This document shows, piece by piece, positions 36,637 to 49,318 of a stretch of DNA of 64,000 nt. The notes below the pieces were generated by a model. It did not search any database. It worked only from the letters and a program-made list of their open reading frames with translations, and was not told the DNA's origin. The translations under genes and the position numbers were made by a program. The DNA lies in contig DATDQB010000002.1 of NCBI GenBank assembly GCA_035292445.1, positions 14,714 to 78,713 on the forward strand, in the 5' to 3' direction. Every line of letters begins with the position of its first letter. Position 1 is the first letter of the stretch. The stretch comes from Candidatus Omnitrophota bacterium (GTDB taxonomy: Bacteria > Omnitrophota > Gorgyraeia > Zapsychrales > Zapsychraceae).

Positions 36637-37797
36637 ATGAATATAGATGAAACCATCCAGAAAATATCCCGCGGCAGCGAAGAAATCATCAATATCGAAG
36701 GCCTGAAAAAGAAATTGAAAGAGGCAAGGCCCTTACGGGTCAAGGCCGGCTTTGATCCCACCGCTCCCGATATCCATTTGGGGCATGTCGTTTTATTGCG
36801 TAAGCTGCGTCAATTTCAGGAGTTAGGGCATACCGTCTATTTTTTGATAGGCGATTTCACCGCTCAAATCGGTGATCCAACGGGAAAAGACCAATTAAGG
36901 CCGAAACTGGATCAAAAACGTATCCGCCAAAACGCTAAAACATACCAAGAGCAAGTTTTTAAAATCCTGAATCCTAAAAAGACAAAAGTTGTTTTTAATA
37001 GTAAGTGGTTGAATAAGTTGACTAGCCAAGAAGTGTTGGAATTAACACAATATTCTAGCGTGGCACAAATGTTGGCCCGGGCGGATTTTAAAAAAAGAAT
37101 GGAAGATAACAAAGGAATCAGCATTCTTGAATTTATTTATCCCCTTTTGCAAGGATACGATTCCATTCATTTAAAAGCGGATATTGAATTTGGCGGTACT
37201 GATCAGAAGTTTAATCTTTTAATGGGCAGGCAAATGCAGGAGACCGTCGGGCAGGAACCGCAAGTTATCATCATGACGCCGCTTCTTGAAGGTACCGACG
37301 GAGTTGTGAAAATGAGCAAATCCACGGGTAATTATATCGGCATTACGGAATCACCGGATGAGATCTTTGGGAAAGTGATGTCCATCAACGATGAATTGAT
37401 GCTTAAGTACGCGCAATATTTAACCGATCTGGACCTCAGTAAACTTAAAGCGATGCATCCCAAAGAGGCGAAAATGAAACTCGCTGAAGATATTGTTGGC
37501 TTGCTCTACGATTCAAAGAAGGCGCAGGAAGCACGGCTTCATTTTGAGAAAACATTTAGTCAAGGCCTTACACCGGAAAACGTTGAAATATTTCCTATAA
37601 CCGCATCATTGTCATCGTTGGATGTCATGCTTAAGGCCGGACTGGTCGAATCCAAAAACGAGGCGCGTCGGCTGCTCAAGCAGGGGGCGGTTAGTCTGGA
37701 TGGCAAGAAAATTACGGATGAAAATCAACCGCTAAAATCGGGTGTTTTAAGGGTTGGAAAAAGGCGTTTTTTGAAGGTTGAAATCACCGGCCCATAA
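36637..37797 (+). CDS. tyrS: tyrosyl-tRNA synthetase
   Basis: [41 protein letters not shown]-terminal S4 domain. Confidence 0.96.
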   Translation: MNIDETIQKISRGSEEIINIEGLKKKLKEARPLRVKAGFDPTAPDIHLGHVVLLRKLRQFQELGHTVYFLIGDFTAQIGDPTGKDQLRPKLDQKRIRQNAKTYQEQVFKILNPKKTKVVFNSKWLNKLTSQEVLELTQYSSVAQMLARADFKKRMEDNKGISILEFIYPLLQGYDSIHLKADIEFGGTDQKFNLLMGRQMQETVGQEPQVIIMTPLLEGTDGVVKMSKSTGNYIGITESPDEIFGKVMSINDELMLKYAQYLTDLDLSKLKAMHPKEAKMKLAEDIVGLLYDSKKAQEARLHFEKTFSQGLTPENVEIFPITASLSSLDVMLKAGLVESKNEARRLLKQGAVSLDGKKITDENQPLKSGVLRVGKRRFLKVEITGP

Positions 37798-37844
37798 TTT
37801 CCCTAAGTGCTTGATAATGTAGGAAATTAAGCCTTAAAAAAAAC

Positions 37845-37872
37845 TTGACAAATATATAGAATTCGGTATACT
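37845..37872 (+). promoter_or_regulatory. promoter of the tRNA-Thr/ribosomal block
   Basis: A-tract, TTGACA(37845-37850), 16 nt spacer, TATACT(37867-37872). Confidence 0.7.
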
Positions 37873-38072
37873 TGGTAGCATTGTGTTTAGGGAATTTGAC
37901 CTAACTGCCCTGATTTCAACTCTTTTGGACTTTCAATGAGTTAGAGGGAATAAGAGTTTTAGTTTTTTTGGAAGGCCGCGAAGTATTAGCTCACCTCATT
38001 TTCTCGACGGAAAATAAAGGAGATAATACGGTTAGGTCTTTTTTTAACCTTTTTCAGGTTTGTTAAGTTGCC

Positions 38073-38145
38073 GCCCCTGTAGCTCAGTTGGTAGAGCACG
38101 TCCTTGGTAAGGACGAGGCCATCGGTTCAATACCGATCGGGGGCT
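38073..38145 (+). tRNA. tRNA-Thr(GGT), CCA not encoded
   Basis: acceptor GCCCCTG/CGGGGGC, D arm GCTC/GAGC, anticodon arm CGTCC-TTGGTAA-GGACG, T arm ATCGG-TTCAATA-CCGAT. Confidence 0.96.
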
Positions 38146-38191
38146 TGAATTGGGAAATTAATAATAATCTTTATATTGAGCTGAGTACGCA

Positions 38192-38359
38192 ATGGCAAAA
38201 AAAGGCGCGCGAGAAGTCATCCATTTACAATGCACTGAGTCCGGTCATATTAATTATACGACGGTCAAGAATAAAAAGACGCACCCTGAACGTTTGGAAA
38301 TTAAGAAGTACAATCTGTTTTTGAGAAAACATACCCTGCATCGTGAAGTGAAAAAATAG
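38192..38359 (+). CDS. rpmG: 50S ribosomal protein L33 (55 aa, one Cys); not in the ORF track
   Basis: manual translation [55 protein letters not shown]. Confidence 0.95.
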   Translation: MAKKGAREVIHLQCTESGHINYTTVKNKKTHPERLEIKKYNLFLRKHTLHREVKK

Positions 38360-38431
38360 TTTTCGATCTTTGAATGGCCTTGTTCTTGAAATTTAAACGC
38401 GTGAAAGGGTGATTCGAACTTAACGATTGAT

Positions 38432-38504
38432 AGGCCTGTAGCTCTAATGGTAGAGCAGCGGCCTCCAAAGCCGTGTGTTGTGGGTTCGAGTCCTACCAGG
38501 CCTG
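38432..38504 (+). tRNA. tRNA-Trp(CCA), CCA end not encoded
   Basis: acceptor AGGCCTG/CAGGCCT, anticodon arm GCGGC-CTCCAAA-GCCGT, T arm GTGGG-TTCGAGT-CCTAC. Confidence 0.96.
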
Positions 38505-38517
38505 TTATAATTTGAAC

Positions 38518-38703
38518 ATGATAGTAAAGGTACAAAAATTTATCGGAGAAGTCACAGTGGAGCTCAAGAAGGTTTCTTGGACAACGCGCCAAGAGCTTGT
38601 TGATGCGACCTGGATTGTGGTCGTGAGTACATTGATCTTAGGGGTGTATATCGGCATGTTTGATTTCGTTCTTTCAAAATTTCTCGGCATGATCATAAGG
38701 TGA
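38518..38703 (+). CDS. secE: preprotein translocase subunit SecE
   Basis: ELKKVSWTTRQE plus one TM; ATG 38518 (track start overlaps the tRNA). Confidence 0.93.
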   Translation: MIVKVQKFIGEVTVELKKVSWTTRQELVDATWIVVVSTLILGVYIGMFDFVLSKFLGMIIR

Positions 38704-38707
38704 CGTT

Positions 38708-39241
38708 ATGACAGACATGAAGTGGTATGTTATCCATACCCAAACTGGATCAGAAGAAAAAGCTAAGGCCGGCCTGGAGAGTCGAATGAAAAATGCGGCT
38801 TTGAGCAAGTACATTGGAGAGATTGTGGTCCCTACCGAGCAGGTATCGGAGATCAGAAGCGGCAAAAAGCGTATCTCTTCACGCAAATTTTTTCCCGGCT
38901 ACATCCTTGTGAAGATGGAGATGAACAAGGAAAGCTGGTATTTGGTAAAAACGACCCCTGGCATCACGGGGTTTATCGGTCCCGGGCGAAAACCGACGGC
39001 GATCTCCGATGCGGAAGTTAAATCCATTTTGCGCCGGACGGAAGATACGGAATTAAAGCCGACGCCAAAAACCACCTTTGACATCGGCGAATCGATACGC
39101 ATCGCCGAAGGGCCTTTTGCGAATTTTAACGGTGCGGTCATGGAAGTTCATCCTGAGCGGGGAAAATTGAAGGTGAGCGTTTCCATTTTTGGGCGCTCGA
39201 CATTGGTTGAGCTGGAAAACTGGCAGGTAGAAAAAATTTAG
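38708..39241 (+). CDS. nusG: transcription factor NusG
   Basis: [32 protein letters not shown]. Confidence 0.97.
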   Translation: MTDMKWYVIHTQTGSEEKAKAGLESRMKNAALSKYIGEIVVPTEQVSEIRSGKKRISSRKFFPGYILVKMEMNKESWYLVKTTPGITGFIGPGRKPTAISDAEVKSILRRTEDTELKPTPKTTFDIGESIRIAEGPFANFNGAVMEVHPERGKLKVSVSIFGRSTLVELENWQVEKI

Positions 39242-39249
39242 AGGGCATT

Positions 39250-39675
39250 ATGGCAAAAGAGGTTGTCGCACAAATTAAACTTTATGTTCCAGCGGGGCAA
39301 GCTAATCCGGCGCCACCGGTCGGGCCGGCTTTGGGGCAGCATGGTGTGAACATCATGGGTTTCTGTAAGCAGTTTAACGAAAGAACCAAGGGAAGAGAAG
39401 GGCTGATCCTTCCGGCGGTCATTACGGTCTACAAAGACAAGACATTTGATTTTATTATTAAATCGGCGCCGAGTACGGTTTTGATCAAGAAGGCGGCGAA
39501 TCTGGCCAAGGCCTCGGGTACGGCGGGCAAAGAAAAGATCGCCACGATCACCAAAGAACAAGTGAAAGAGATCGCCAAACAGAAAATGGAAGATTTGAAT
39601 ACCCAGGATCTTAATCAAGCGATGAAGATCATCGAAGGGACGGCCAGAAGCATGGGCATTGAGGTGGCGGGATAA
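39250..39675 (+). CDS. rplK: 50S ribosomal protein L11
   Basis: [22 protein letters not shown]. Confidence 0.98.
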   Translation: MAKEVVAQIKLYVPAGQANPAPPVGPALGQHGVNIMGFCKQFNERTKGREGLILPAVITVYKDKTFDFIIKSAPSTVLIKKAANLAKASGTAGKEKIATITKEQVKEIAKQKMEDLNTQDLNQAMKIIEGTARSMGIEVAG

Positions 39676-40355
39676 TGAAGAGAGTCAGCAAACGCATGAA
39701 ACAAGTCGTGCAGGGTATTGATCCCGTGAAAGCCTATTCACTCAAAGATGCCGTTGGGTGTTTGGAAAAGGTACCTAAAGTGAAGTTTGACGAAACAGTC
39801 GAGCTTCATTTTCATTTATCCGTTGACCCGAAGGCATCGGATCAGGCGGTACGGGGGACGGTTGTCCTGCCGCATGGGCTCGGGAAAGCCGTCAGGGTCG
39901 CTGCTTTTTGTAAAGGCGAACTTGAGAAGAAAGCCAAAGAGGCTGGCGCGGATCATGTTGGAGCGGAAGATTTAATTAGTAAAGTCGCTAGCGGGTTTCT
40001 GGATTTTGATGTGGTCGTTGCCTCGCCTGATATGATGAAGGATTTAAGCAAGCTAGGTAAGATCCTTGGCCCCCGCGGCTTGATGCCGACGCCCAAAGCC
40101 GGGACAGTGACGGTAGATGTGGAAAAGGCGATTAAAGAAGTGAAAGCGGGAAAAGTCGAGTTCAAATCGGACAAGCAAGGCGGTATTCATATAGGCATCG
40201 GTAAGCGCTCTTTCTCCGCAGAGAAAATCATTGAAAACGCTCAGCAGATTATTGATGCTATCAATCATGCCAAACCGGCTTCCGTTAAAGGTAATCTAAT
40301 CAAAAATTTATCGATCTCAACCAGCATGGGGCCTGGGGTTAAGGTGTCGGCATGA
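39675..40355 (+). CDS. rplA: 50S ribosomal protein L1
   Basis: KFDETVE, LPHG, LGPRGLMP, TSMGPG. Confidence 0.98.
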   Translation: MKRVSKRMKQVVQGIDPVKAYSLKDAVGCLEKVPKVKFDETVELHFHLSVDPKASDQAVRGTVVLPHGLGKAVRVAAFCKGELEKKAKEAGADHVGAEDLISKVASGFLDFDVVVASPDMMKDLSKLGKILGPRGLMPTPKAGTVTVDVEKAIKEVKAGKVEFKSDKQGGIHIGIGKRSFSAEKIIENAQQIIDAINHAKPASVKGNLIKNLSISTSMGPGVKVSA

Positions 40356-40885
40356 AGCGAGTAGGTCAGATATATAGAGAAGCACTGATCAAAACGGTCC
40401 GCGATCGTATTAACGCGAATAAAAGTATTTTTGTTTTAAGCTACACCAAGCTTAGTTCCCCCCGCGTCAGTGAATTGAGAAAAGATCTGAAAAAAGCAGG
40501 CGCCAATGTTTTTGTTTCCAGAAACTCGTTGGCCCGCATTGCCTTAAAGGAATTAAAACAAGAGCCGTTGGCCGAGCGTCTTAGTGGTCAAACGGCTTTT
40601 GTATGGTCGGATGCCGATGCCGCTGCCATTTCAAAGATTTTGGTCAAGTTCGCCAAGGAATGCAAGACATTCGCGGTCCAGGGCGGATTGCTGGAAGGGA
40701 ATCTTCTGGATCAAGCCCAAGTCCAAAGATTTTCTGAACTGCCTTCACGAGAGGTATTATTGGCCCAACTATTGGGAACCATTCAAGCGCCGCTGACCCG
40801 TTTAGCCGGCGTGTTAAATGCGAAATCACGCGAAATATTATCAATTTTGAAACAATTGAGTGAACAAAAGGGAGGGAATCAATAA
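40352..40885 (+). CDS. rplJ: 50S ribosomal protein L10
   Basis: [27 protein letters not shown]; synteny. Confidence 0.93.
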   Translation: MKRVGQIYREALIKTVRDRINANKSIFVLSYTKLSSPRVSELRKDLKKAGANVFVSRNSLARIALKELKQEPLAERLSGQTAFVWSDADAAAISKILVKFAKECKTFAVQGGLLEGNLLDQAQVQRFSELPSREVLLAQLLGTIQAPLTRLAGVLNAKSREILSILKQLSEQKGGNQ

Positions 40886-41313
40886 TGTCAGAAACAGCCA
40901 CAGAAAAAAAAGAGAAAGTTGAACTTTCTTCCAAGCTGGAACAGGTTGCAAAAACCATAGAAGGTTTAACAGCCCTTGAGCTAGCTGAGCTGGTTAAGGG
41001 GTTGGAAGATCGTCTGGGGATCACGGCGGCTGCACCCATGGCTATGGGTGTCGCTATGCCCGGCGCGGCAGGTGGCGCCCCGGCAGCGGCGGTCGAGCAA
41101 AAGGAAACGTTCGATGTTGTCCTAGCGAACGCCGGAGCGAATAAGATCGCCGTCATTAAAGAGGTTCGTGCGGCAACGAACTTAGGCCTCAAAGAAGCCA
41201 AGGACCTCGTTGAATCCGCCCCGAAGACGATCAAAGAGGCAGCAGCAAAAGAAGAAGCCGAAGAGTTAAAGAAGAAATTGGAAGCGGCCGGCGCCAAGGT
41301 TGAATTGAAGTAA
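40885..41313 (+). CDS. rplL: 50S ribosomal protein L7/L12
   Basis: [36 protein letters not shown]. Confidence 0.97.
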   Translation: MSETATEKKEKVELSSKLEQVAKTIEGLTALELAELVKGLEDRLGITAAAPMAMGVAMPGAAGGAPAAAVEQKETFDVVLANAGANKIAVIKEVRAATNLGLKEAKDLVESAPKTIKEAAAKEEAEELKKKLEAAGAKVELK

Positions 41314-41368
41314 TTCAGCTCTGTTTTTCTTTTGTTTAACCTTTTTGAACCTTTAACCAAGAGGCATT

Positions 41369-44300
41369 ATGGAAAAAATAAACATTAAAAGTTTTCGAAA
41401 ATTCGAAGACAATTTTGATGTTCCTCATCTATTGGATATCCAATGCAAGGCCTATGAGGAGTTTTTGCAGCGTGATGTTGCTTCAGATAAACGCAAAGAC
41501 CAGGGACTTGAAGAGGTTTTCCGGGAAGTTTTCCCGCTCGAAAGTTACGATGGACAAATCAAGCTTGAGTACATGAATTATACGTTGGGTAAAGAAAAAT
41601 ACTCAGCGGTCGAATGCAAACGCCGAGGGATGAATTACGCCGCGGCGCTTAAGGTCAAGCTGCGATTGATTACGCCCGTTGACATCAAAGAGCAGGAAGT
41701 TTATTTCGGGGATTTTCCATTCATGACGGACACGGGAACGTTTATCGTCAACGGCGATGAGCGCGTCGTTGTTTCCCAGATTCAGCGTCCGCCAGGCGTT
41801 TCTTTTGAAGAAGAATTGCATCCAACGGGTAAAAGCATTTATCACGGACGTATTATTCCATCGCGCGGGGCTTGGTTTGAAATCAAATACGATTTAAACG
41901 GTATCCTTTTAGCCTATGTGGATCGGCGACGCAACTTCCCAGCAACACAGATCCTTCGCATCATGGGGCTGTCCACGGAAGATGACATTAAAAAGGTTTT
42001 GGGCAATGATTTTGAGAAAGTTAAGCCGACATTAGAAAAGGACCACACAAAAAATAAAGAAGAAGCTTTATTAGATTTTTATAAGAAAATGCGACCCACG
42101 GAACCGGCAACAGTAGAAGTGGCGGATTCGCTTTTCTTTCGATTGTTCTTTGATCCGAAACGCTATGATCTAAGCAAGGTCGGCCGGCACATTATTAACC
42201 GGAAGCTGAAGATGGGGGAGACCCTGGATAACAGGGTTTTAACCATCAACACGGTTGTTGAGGTCATACGTTACCTTCTTCGATTAAGAGAAGGTGTTGG
42301 GGAAACCGATGACATCGACCATTTGGGTAACCGCCGTATCAAAACGGTCGGGGAGCTGGTCCAGAATCAGGTGCGGATCGGTTTAGCCCGGTTGGAGCGC
42401 TCTATTAAGGAACGGTTGGTCGTTATGACGAGTTTTGAGAATCTTACGGCTCATCATTTGATCAATTCAAGGCTTTTCTCCAACCAGATCCAGGATTTCT
42501 TTGCGCGCAGCCAATTGTCCCAGTTTATGGACCAGGTCAACCCGTTGTCGGAGTTAACGCATAAAAGGCGCGTGAGCGCGCTGGGTCCGGGTGGATTATC
42601 CAGGGAACGTGCCGGTTTTGAAGTGCGGGACGTCCATCATACCCACTACGGCCGCGTGTGCCCGATCGAAACGCCTGAAGGTCCCAATATCGGGCTTATC
42701 GCTTCTTTGACAAATTGTGCGCAGGTCAATGACCTTGGCTTTATCGAAGCCCCCTATCGTAAGGCCGTAGATGGAAAGGTGACCAAAAAAATAGAATTTT
42801 TGACGGCCGACCGCGATCAGTTGGAATTTATCGCACAGGCTAACGCAAAGATAGATAAAGATGGATTTTTTACCGAGAAAACCGTTTTGTGCCGTAATAA
42901 AACCGATTTTCCCCGGGTCAAGCCGAAGGATGTTACTTATATGGACGTGACACCGCTTCAGATCGTGTCCGTCGCGGCGGCATTGATACCGTTTTTGGAG
43001 CACGACGACGCCAACCGGGCCTTGATGGGATCCAACATGCAGCGCCAGGCGGTTCCGTTGATGATTCCCGAGGTGCCGTATGTAGGTACAGGTATTGAAG
43101 AAAAATGTGCACGGGACTCCGGCGTTGTCATTATTGCCGAGGAAGAAGGCAAGGTCAATAAAGTAGACGCGCGGGAAATCGTTGTCGGCAAGACAATTTA
43201 TCCTTTAAAGAATTATCAACGAACGAACGCCAATACGTGCATTCAACAGAGCCCCTTGGTCAATGTCGGCGATCATGTCAAAGAAGGACAAATTATTGCC
43301 GATGGCATCGGGACCAGAAATGGGCGCATGGCGTTAGGCCGTAATGTGTTGGTGGCCTTTATGCCCTGGCGCGGATACAACTTTGAGGACGCCATTTTGG
43401 TGAATGAACGCATTGCCCGCGAAGACGTTTTTACATCTATACATATAGAGAAGTTTGAATGCGAATGCCGGGAAACACGTTTGGGCAACGAGGAAATAAC
43501 CCGCGACATCCCCAATGTCGGTGAGGATGCGTTGATTAATTTGGATGAAAACGGGGTTATCCGCCTTGGGGCCGAGGTCAAAGCGGGCGACATTTTGGTC
43601 GGTAAAGTAACGCCGAAAAGCGAGAAAGAACTTTCGCCGGAAGAGCGTTTATTGCGCGCCATCTTCGGAGAAAAAGCCGCTGATATCCGTGACACCTCGA
43701 TGACGCTGCCTCCGGGTATCGAAGGCGTTATTGTCAATATTGAAGTCTTTCAGCGAACGGAACGCGGCCGGAAGACGAAAGAAGATAAAAAGAAAGAGCA
43801 GGAAGCGATCGTCAAGATCAAAGCCTATTATAGCCAAGAGATCCTTTTTGCCGAAGAAGAGCGTGACAAAAAATTGATGAAGACCTTGGGTGTCGGTAAA
43901 GTGCAGGTGAGCAAGATTAAGATGCACGATTTTGAAGAGGATTCCGAAGAGCGCGAGATGATACGTTTCTATAATGATAAAGTGGCCGAGCTTACGGAAG
44001 AAGAAGCCCATGAAATCGAGCGTGTTAAGCGCGGCGATGAATTGCCGGCCGGTGTTTTAAAGCGCGTCATCGTTTATGTCGCCACCAAAAGAAAGCTCCA
44101 AGAGGGCGACAAGATGGCCGGCCGCCACGGAAATAAAGGTATCGTTTCCCGTATCGTTCCGGAAGAAGATATGCCGTTTTTGGAAAACGGAGCGCCGGTT
44201 GACATTGTTTTAAATCCTTTAGGGGTGCCTTCCCGTATGAACGTCGGGCAGCTGCTGGAAACGCACTTGGGCTGGGCGGCGCGCGCGTTAGGCTTTTATG

Positions 44301-44857
44301 CCGAAACGCCGGTTTTCAATGGTGCAACCGAGGAAGATATCCGGACAGCTTTGCGTGAAGCCAAGTTGCCTGAAGAGGGGAAAACGACCGTGTACGACGG
44401 ATTTACAGGGATACCCTTCGATCAAAAAGTCACCGTTGGTGTTATTTACATGATGAAGTTAAATCATCTCGTGGATGAGAAGATCCATGCGCGCTCCATC
44501 GGGCCTTATTCTCTGGTTACGCAGCAACCGTTGGGCGGTAAGGCTCATTTCGGCGGTCAGCGCTTCGGTGAAATGGAAGTTTGGGCCCTTGAAGCCTACG
44601 GAGCCGCCTACACGTTACAGGAAATGTTGACGGTTAAAAGTGACGATGTGATCGGGCGTTCCCGTATGTATGAAGCTATTGTTAAAGGTCAGCAGCGATT
44701 GACGCCGGGGACACCGGAATCTTTCAACGTTTTGATCAAGGAGTTACAGGGCTTATGCTTGGATATCAAAATGGTGAGGGCCGGCGATAATGGTCAAGGT
44801 AAGCCTCAGGGTAAACTTGAGAAAAAAGAGCATAAGGAAGAAAGTAAAAAAGAGTAA
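41369..44857 (+). CDS. rpoB: RNA polymerase beta subunit
   Basis: [42 protein letters not shown]. Confidence 0.99.
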   Translation: MEKINIKSFRKFEDNFDVPHLLDIQCKAYEEFLQRDVASDKRKDQGLEEVFREVFPLESYDGQIKLEYMNYTLGKEKYSAVECKRRGMNYAAALKVKLRLITPVDIKEQEVYFGDFPFMTDTGTFIVNGDERVVVSQIQRPPGVSFEEELHPTGKSIYHGRIIPSRGAWFEIKYDLNGILLAYVDRRRNFPATQILRIMGLSTEDDIKKVLGNDFEKVKPTLEKDHTKNKEEALLDFYKKMRPTEPATVEVADSLFFRLFFDPKRYDLSKVGRHIINRKLKMGETLDNRVLTINTVVEVIRYLLRLREGVGETDDIDHLGNRRIKTVGELVQNQVRIGLARLERSIKERLVVMTSFENLTAHHLINSRLFSNQIQDFFARSQLSQFMDQVNPLSELTHKRRVSALGPGGLSRERAGFEVRDVHHTHYGRVCPIETPEGPNIGLIASLTNCAQVNDLGFIEAPYRKAVDGKVTKKIEFLTADRDQLEFIAQANAKIDKDGFFTEKTVLCRNKTDFPRVKPKDVTYMDVTPLQIVSVAAALIPFLEHDDANRALMGSNMQRQAVPLMIPEVPYVGTGIEEKCARDSGVVIIAEEEGKVNKVDAREIVVGKTIYPLKNYQRTNANTCIQQSPLVNVGDHVKEGQIIADGIGTRNGRMALGRNVLVAFMPWRGYNFEDAILVNERIAREDVFTSIHIEKFECECRETRLGNEEITRDIPNVGEDALINLDENGVIRLGAEVKAGDILVGKVTPKSEKELSPEERLLRAIFGEKAADIRDTSMTLPPGIEGVIVNIEVFQRTERGRKTKEDKKKEQEAIVKIKAYYSQEILFAEEERDKKLMKTLGVGKVQVSKIKMHDFEEDSEEREMIRFYNDKVAELTEEEAHEIERVKRGDELPAGVLKRVIVYVATKRKLQEGDKMAGRHGNKGIVSRIVPEEDMPFLENGAPVDIVLNPLGVPSRMNVGQLLETHLGWAARALGFYAETPVFNGATEEDIRTALREAKLPEEGKTTVYDGFTGIPFDQKVTVGVIYMMKLNHLVDEKIHARSIGPYSLVTQQPLGGKAHFGGQRFGEMEVWALEAYGAAYTLQEMLTVKSDDVIGRSRMYEAIVKGQQRLTPGTPESFNVLIKELQGLCLDIKMVRAGDNGQGKPQGKLEKKEHKEESKKE

Positions 44858-44862
44858 AGACT

Positions 44863-47800
44863 ATGGCACAAATCGACCTTAAAAACAAAGATCACGTCAC
44901 GATTCAAATTGCTTCTCCCGAGACCATTCGTTCCTGGTCACACGGCGTTGTAAGAAAAGCTGAGACGTTAAATTATCGAACGCTAAAACCGGAAAAAGAT
45001 GGTTTGTTTTGCGAACGCATCTTCGGGCCGGTCAGAGACTGGGAGTGCGCCTGCGGTAAATATAAGGGAATTAAGTTTAAAGGCATGACGTGTGACCGCT
45101 GCGGGGTCACGGTCACCCGTTCTTCGGTGCGCCGCGAACGCATGGGCCATATCGAGTTGGCCTGTCCGGTCACGCATATCTGGTTTTACAAAGCCGTCCC
45201 CAGCCGTTTAGCCGCCCTCCTGCAAGTTGGCCTTCGCGATCTTGAAAAAATTATTTATTATGAAGAATACATTGTTATCGATCCCGGGAATACTCCCTTA
45301 AAACTAAGACAACTTTTGAATGAAGACGAATATCAAGAAGCTGTCGTCAAACACGGCGGCGCTTTTAAAGCCAAGATCGGTGCGGAAGCGGTCAAAGATC
45401 TTCTGAAAAACCTTGATCTCAATATTCTTTGTAAAAAACTCAGAAAAGATTTGGAAAGCGCCAGCCCGACCGGTACCAATGCTAAAAAGATCGCCAAGAC
45501 CTTAAAGATCGTTGAAGATTTCAAGGCTTCGCCGAACATGGCGGAGTGGATGATATTGGATGTTTTACCCGTTATCCCGCCCGATCTACGACCGCTCGTT
45601 CCTTTGGAAGGCGGCCGTTTTGCCACCTCAGACCTCAATGACCTTTACCGACGCGTCATCAACCGAAATAACCGTTTAAAGAAACTGATCGATCTTAATG
45701 CGCCCGAGATTATTTGCCGCAACGAAAAGCGTATGCTTCAGGAAGCGGTGGACGCTCTCTTGGATAACGGCCGTCATGGCCGGCCGGTTTTGGGTTCCGG
45801 CAATCGTCCGCTCAAATCGCTTTCCGATATGCTTAAGGGCAAGCAAGGTCGTTTTCGTATGAACCTTTTAGGTAAACGCGTGGATTATTCCGGCCGCTCT
45901 GTTATCGTTGTGGGGCCTACGTTAAAATTATACCAATGCGGTTTGCCCAAGAAGATGGCGCTTGAACTTTTCGAACCGTTCATCATCCGTAAATTGCGTG
46001 AAAAAGGTTATGTGCATACGATCAAAGGCGCCAAAAGAATGGTCGAGCGCGCTAAGATCGAGGTATGGGACATACTCGATGAGGTCATCAAAGACCATCC
46101 CATTATGCTTAACCGTGCGCCGACGCTTCACCGATTAAGCATTCAGGCGTTTTATCCTATCCTGGTTGAAGGTAAGGCGATCAAGTTGCACCCGTTGGTT
46201 TGCGCCGCTTTTAACGCAGACTTTGACGGGGATCAGATGGCGGTTCACGTGCCTTTATCATTGGAAGCGCAGATCGAATGCCGTTTGGAATTGCTGGCTA
46301 TTAATAATTTATTCTCGCCTGCCGATGGCCGACCGATTGTTACTCCTTCCCAAGACGTAGTTCTTGGGCTTTATTATTTAAGCAAAGAAGACCCGAAGAT
46401 TGCCGAAGATAGTACGGTTTTTGCCACTTCGAAAGAGGCGATGATTGCTTTTAATGATGGGTTATTGCCTTTACATAAAAGAATTAAGCTCAGACTTGAC
46501 GGTTCGGTGTGGGGAGAGGAAAAGCCCTCTTTAGTGATTCCGCAGGAAGATGCTTTAAAAGAAGGAAAATTAACTAAGAAAGAAAAGAAGGAAGGGAAGG
46601 AAGAGGACCAACAAAAGCCTGCGGTTATCGAAACAACCGTTGGGCGGGTCTTTTTCAACGATATTTTGCCAAAAGATTTTGGTTATGTGAATGAGCTGCT
46701 GGATAAAAAGAAGATCGGCGCCGTTGTTTCCGATTGCTATAAACGGTTCGGGCAGGCTAAAACGATCAAGCTGTTGGATGATTTAAAAGATCTTGGCTTC
46801 ACCCAGGCGACGTTGGCAGGCATTTCGATAAGTATCAACGATTTGACTATCCCTGAAGAGAAAAAGGTTATCCTCGAAAATTCCCATCAGGAAGTAGCTA
46901 AAGTCGACGACCAATACCGTAAAGGTATCATTACCGGCCGCGAACGCTACAACAAGATTATTGACGTCTGGACGCATACGACAGAAAAAATGTCGGATTT
47001 GGTCTTCAAGAAAATGGATCCGTTCAATCCGGTCTTTATTATGGCCGATTCCGGGGCGCGCGGCTCGCGACTTCAGATCAGGCAGTTATCCGGTATGCGC
47101 GGACTGATGGCAAAACCTTCCGGAGAAATCATTGAAAGCCCTATTACGGCCAGCTTCCGGGAAGGGTTGACGGTATTGGAATATTTTATTTCAACCCACG
47201 GTGCGCGTAAGGGGTTGGCTGATACGGCGCTAAAGACAGCTGATGCCGGGTATTTGACCCGCCGCCTTGTTGACGTGGCGCAAGAGATCGTTATCACCGA
47301 GATCGATTGCGGCACAATGAACGGCATCACGGTTGCAGCGATCGTCGAAGGGGATGAGCTTGTTGTCAGTTTAAAAGAGCGTATTATCGGGCGAGTGGCC
47401 TTGGATAGTATCGTGGATGTTGTAACGGACCAAAAAGTTGTCGAGGCTGGGGAATTGATCACGGAAGAAAAGGCTGAATTCATCGAGCATTTAGGTATTG
47501 AAAAGGTTCGTATCCGCAGCGTTTTGACCTGCGAAGCTGAGCGTGGTGCTTGTGCGAAATGTTATGGGCGCAACTTGGCTACACAACGGTTGGTGGAAAT
47601 CGGGGAGGCCGTTGGTATCATTGCCGCGCAAAGTATCGGTGAGCCCGGAACGCAGCTGACCATGAGGACCTTCCACATTGGCGGTACGGCATCAAGATCG
47701 GTCGAGCAATCATTCTACCGTGCCAAAAATACGGGTACGGTCAAATATCACCAATTGCGTGTTGTCGCTAAGGGAAAAGAATTTGTCGTTCTTAACCGCA

Positions 47801-48999
47801 ATGGCTCTATCAGCATCAATAATGAGTTTGGCCGGGAATTCGAACGTTATCAATTGCCGCAAGGTGCGATCATTAAAGTACCTGACGGAGAAAAGGTCGC
47901 TAAAGAGACTATCTTTGTGAACTGGGATCCTTATACAATCCCGATCATTACGGAAGTTAAAGGAAGTGCTAATTCAGAAGATCTTATTCCGGATGTTACG
48001 GTTCAAGAGGAGAAAAATCCGGTAACAGGGGTCACTGAGCGCGTGGTTGTCGAACACAAACAAGAATACCATCCGCAGATCATCATTACGGATGAAAAAG
48101 AAGAGATCGTTGGTATTTATTCCATTCCGACTGGAGCCCACATCCTTGTTAAAGACAATCAGCAGGTCAATGCGGGTGATCTGATCGCTAAGATCCCGCG
48201 TGGCACGGGTAAGACGCGCGATATCACAGGCGGATTGCCGCGGGTGGCGGAGCTGTTCGAAGCGCGTAAACCCAAAGACCCGGCTGTTATCAGCGAGATC
48301 GATGGGGTCGTTGAGTTTAGCGAGGATAAACGCGGGCGGCGCACGATCATCGTCAAGAGCCCTACGGGCATGAAAGTCGAATATACGATCCCGCACGGAA
48401 AACACCCCAATGTCTATAAAGGCGACCGTGTTTTTGCCGGTCAGCAATTGACGGACGGACCCGTAGTTCCTCACGACATCTTACGCGTTTGCGGGGACAA
48501 GGTTTTACAGGAATATTTATTGAATGAAGTCCAAGAGGTCTACCGTTTACAAGGCGTGCGCATTAATGACAAACATATTGAGCTGATCATCTCTCAAATG
48601 CTCAAAAAGGTCAAGATTGAAGATTCCGGTGACACCCATTTCCTTGTTGGCGAACAGATCAATCGCGCGATATTCAAGAAAGCCAACGAAGACGTCATGA
48701 AGAAAAAAGGAAAACCGGCCCAGGCAACGCCTTTGTTGTTGGGGATCACGAAGGTTTCCTTAACAACGGAGAGTTTTATTTCATCAGCGAGCTTTCAAGA
48801 AACGACTCGAGTGTTGACAGAGGCGGCTGCCTCTGGTAAAATCGACCTTCTTTCGGGGCTGAAAGAAAATGTTATTGTAGGACATTTGATCCCCGCAGGG
48901 ACCGGGTTAAAACAATACGATAATGTGGAAATAATTAAATATGCCGACGATACAGCAACTGATAAGAAAGAGCCGCTCCCGCAAGACGAAGAAGAGTAA
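44863..48999 (+). CDS. rpoC: RNA polymerase beta' subunit
   Basis: N-terminal Zn ribbon, [31 protein letters not shown]. Confidence 0.99.
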   Translation: MAQIDLKNKDHVTIQIASPETIRSWSHGVVRKAETLNYRTLKPEKDGLFCERIFGPVRDWECACGKYKGIKFKGMTCDRCGVTVTRSSVRRERMGHIELACPVTHIWFYKAVPSRLAALLQVGLRDLEKIIYYEEYIVIDPGNTPLKLRQLLNEDEYQEAVVKHGGAFKAKIGAEAVKDLLKNLDLNILCKKLRKDLESASPTGTNAKKIAKTLKIVEDFKASPNMAEWMILDVLPVIPPDLRPLVPLEGGRFATSDLNDLYRRVINRNNRLKKLIDLNAPEIICRNEKRMLQEAVDALLDNGRHGRPVLGSGNRPLKSLSDMLKGKQGRFRMNLLGKRVDYSGRSVIVVGPTLKLYQCGLPKKMALELFEPFIIRKLREKGYVHTIKGAKRMVERAKIEVWDILDEVIKDHPIMLNRAPTLHRLSIQAFYPILVEGKAIKLHPLVCAAFNADFDGDQMAVHVPLSLEAQIECRLELLAINNLFSPADGRPIVTPSQDVVLGLYYLSKEDPKIAEDSTVFATSKEAMIAFNDGLLPLHKRIKLRLDGSVWGEEKPSLVIPQEDALKEGKLTKKEKKEGKEEDQQKPAVIETTVGRVFFNDILPKDFGYVNELLDKKKIGAVVSDCYKRFGQAKTIKLLDDLKDLGFTQATLAGISISINDLTIPEEKKVILENSHQEVAKVDDQYRKGIITGRERYNKIIDVWTHTTEKMSDLVFKKMDPFNPVFIMADSGARGSRLQIRQLSGMRGLMAKPSGEIIESPITASFREGLTVLEYFISTHGARKGLADTALKTADAGYLTRRLVDVAQEIVITEIDCGTMNGITVAAIVEGDELVVSLKERIIGRVALDSIVDVVTDQKVVEAGELITEEKAEFIEHLGIEKVRIRSVLTCEAERGACAKCYGRNLATQRLVEIGEAVGIIAAQSIGEPGTQLTMRTFHIGGTASRSVEQSFYRAKNTGTVKYHQLRVVAKGKEFVVLNRNGSISINNEFGREFERYQLPQGAIIKVPDGEKVAKETIFVNWDPYTIPIITEVKGSANSEDLIPDVTVQEEKNPVTGVTERVVVEHKQEYHPQIIITDEKEEIVGIYSIPTGAHILVKDNQQVNAGDLIAKIPRGTGKTRDITGGLPRVAELFEARKPKDPAVISEIDGVVEFSEDKRGRRTIIVKSPTGMKVEYTIPHGKHPNVYKGDRVFAGQQLTDGPVVPHDILRVCGDKVLQEYLLNEVQEVYRLQGVRINDKHIELIISQMLKKVKIEDSGDTHFLVGEQINRAIFKKANEDVMKKKGKPAQATPLLLGITKVSLTTESFISSASFQETTRVLTEAAASGKIDLLSGLKENVIVGHLIPAGTGLKQYDNVEIIKYADDTATDKKEPLPQDEEE

Positions 49000-49318
49000 A
49001 TCACCCGCGCTGACAAACTGCCCGTTTCGTCGGGGGGTTTGTTTGCAGGTGAAGACCATGACGCCGAAGAAACCCAACTCGGCGCTTCGTAAGATTGCGA
49101 GAGTCCGTCTATCGAACAAATACGAAGTGACTTCGTATATTCCCGGGGAAGGCCATAATTTGCAGGAACACTCGATTGTATTGGTTCGGGGTGGTCGTGT
49201 GAAAGATTTGCCGGGCGTGCGGTATCATATCGTGCGCGGGACATTGGACACGGCGGGCGTATCTAAACGTAAGAAATCACGCTCTAAATACGGAGCTAAA
49301 AGGGATACAGGAAAATAA
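48941..49318 (+). CDS. rpsL: 30S ribosomal protein S12
   Basis: [32 protein letters not shown]. Confidence 0.98.
   Translation: MPTIQQLIRKSRSRKTKKSKSPALTNCPFRRGVCLQVKTMTPKKPNSALRKIARVRLSNKYEVTSYIPGEGHNLQEHSIVLVRGGRVKDLPGVRYHIVRGTLDTAGVSKRKKSRSKYGAKRDTGK

Noticed and set aside
38432-38504. TGA recoding through an unusual tRNA-Trp
   Set aside because: Anticodon is CCA with a 5 bp stem, and TGA ends several genes (secE, rplA, secY) at expected positions.
38088-38592. ORFs 38088-38324, 38254-38592 and the 38473 start for secE
   Set aside because: They overlap tRNA-Thr, rpmG and tRNA-Trp.
40644-41360. 238 aa antisense ORF, and similar ones at 7525-8208, 9867-10445 and 31399-32049
   Set aside because: Shadow frames opposite conserved genes, with no motifs or expression signals.
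42490-42600. Rifampicin-resistance substitutions in RpoB
   Set aside because: Key cluster I residues (Q, D, H, S) are the sensitive-type residues.
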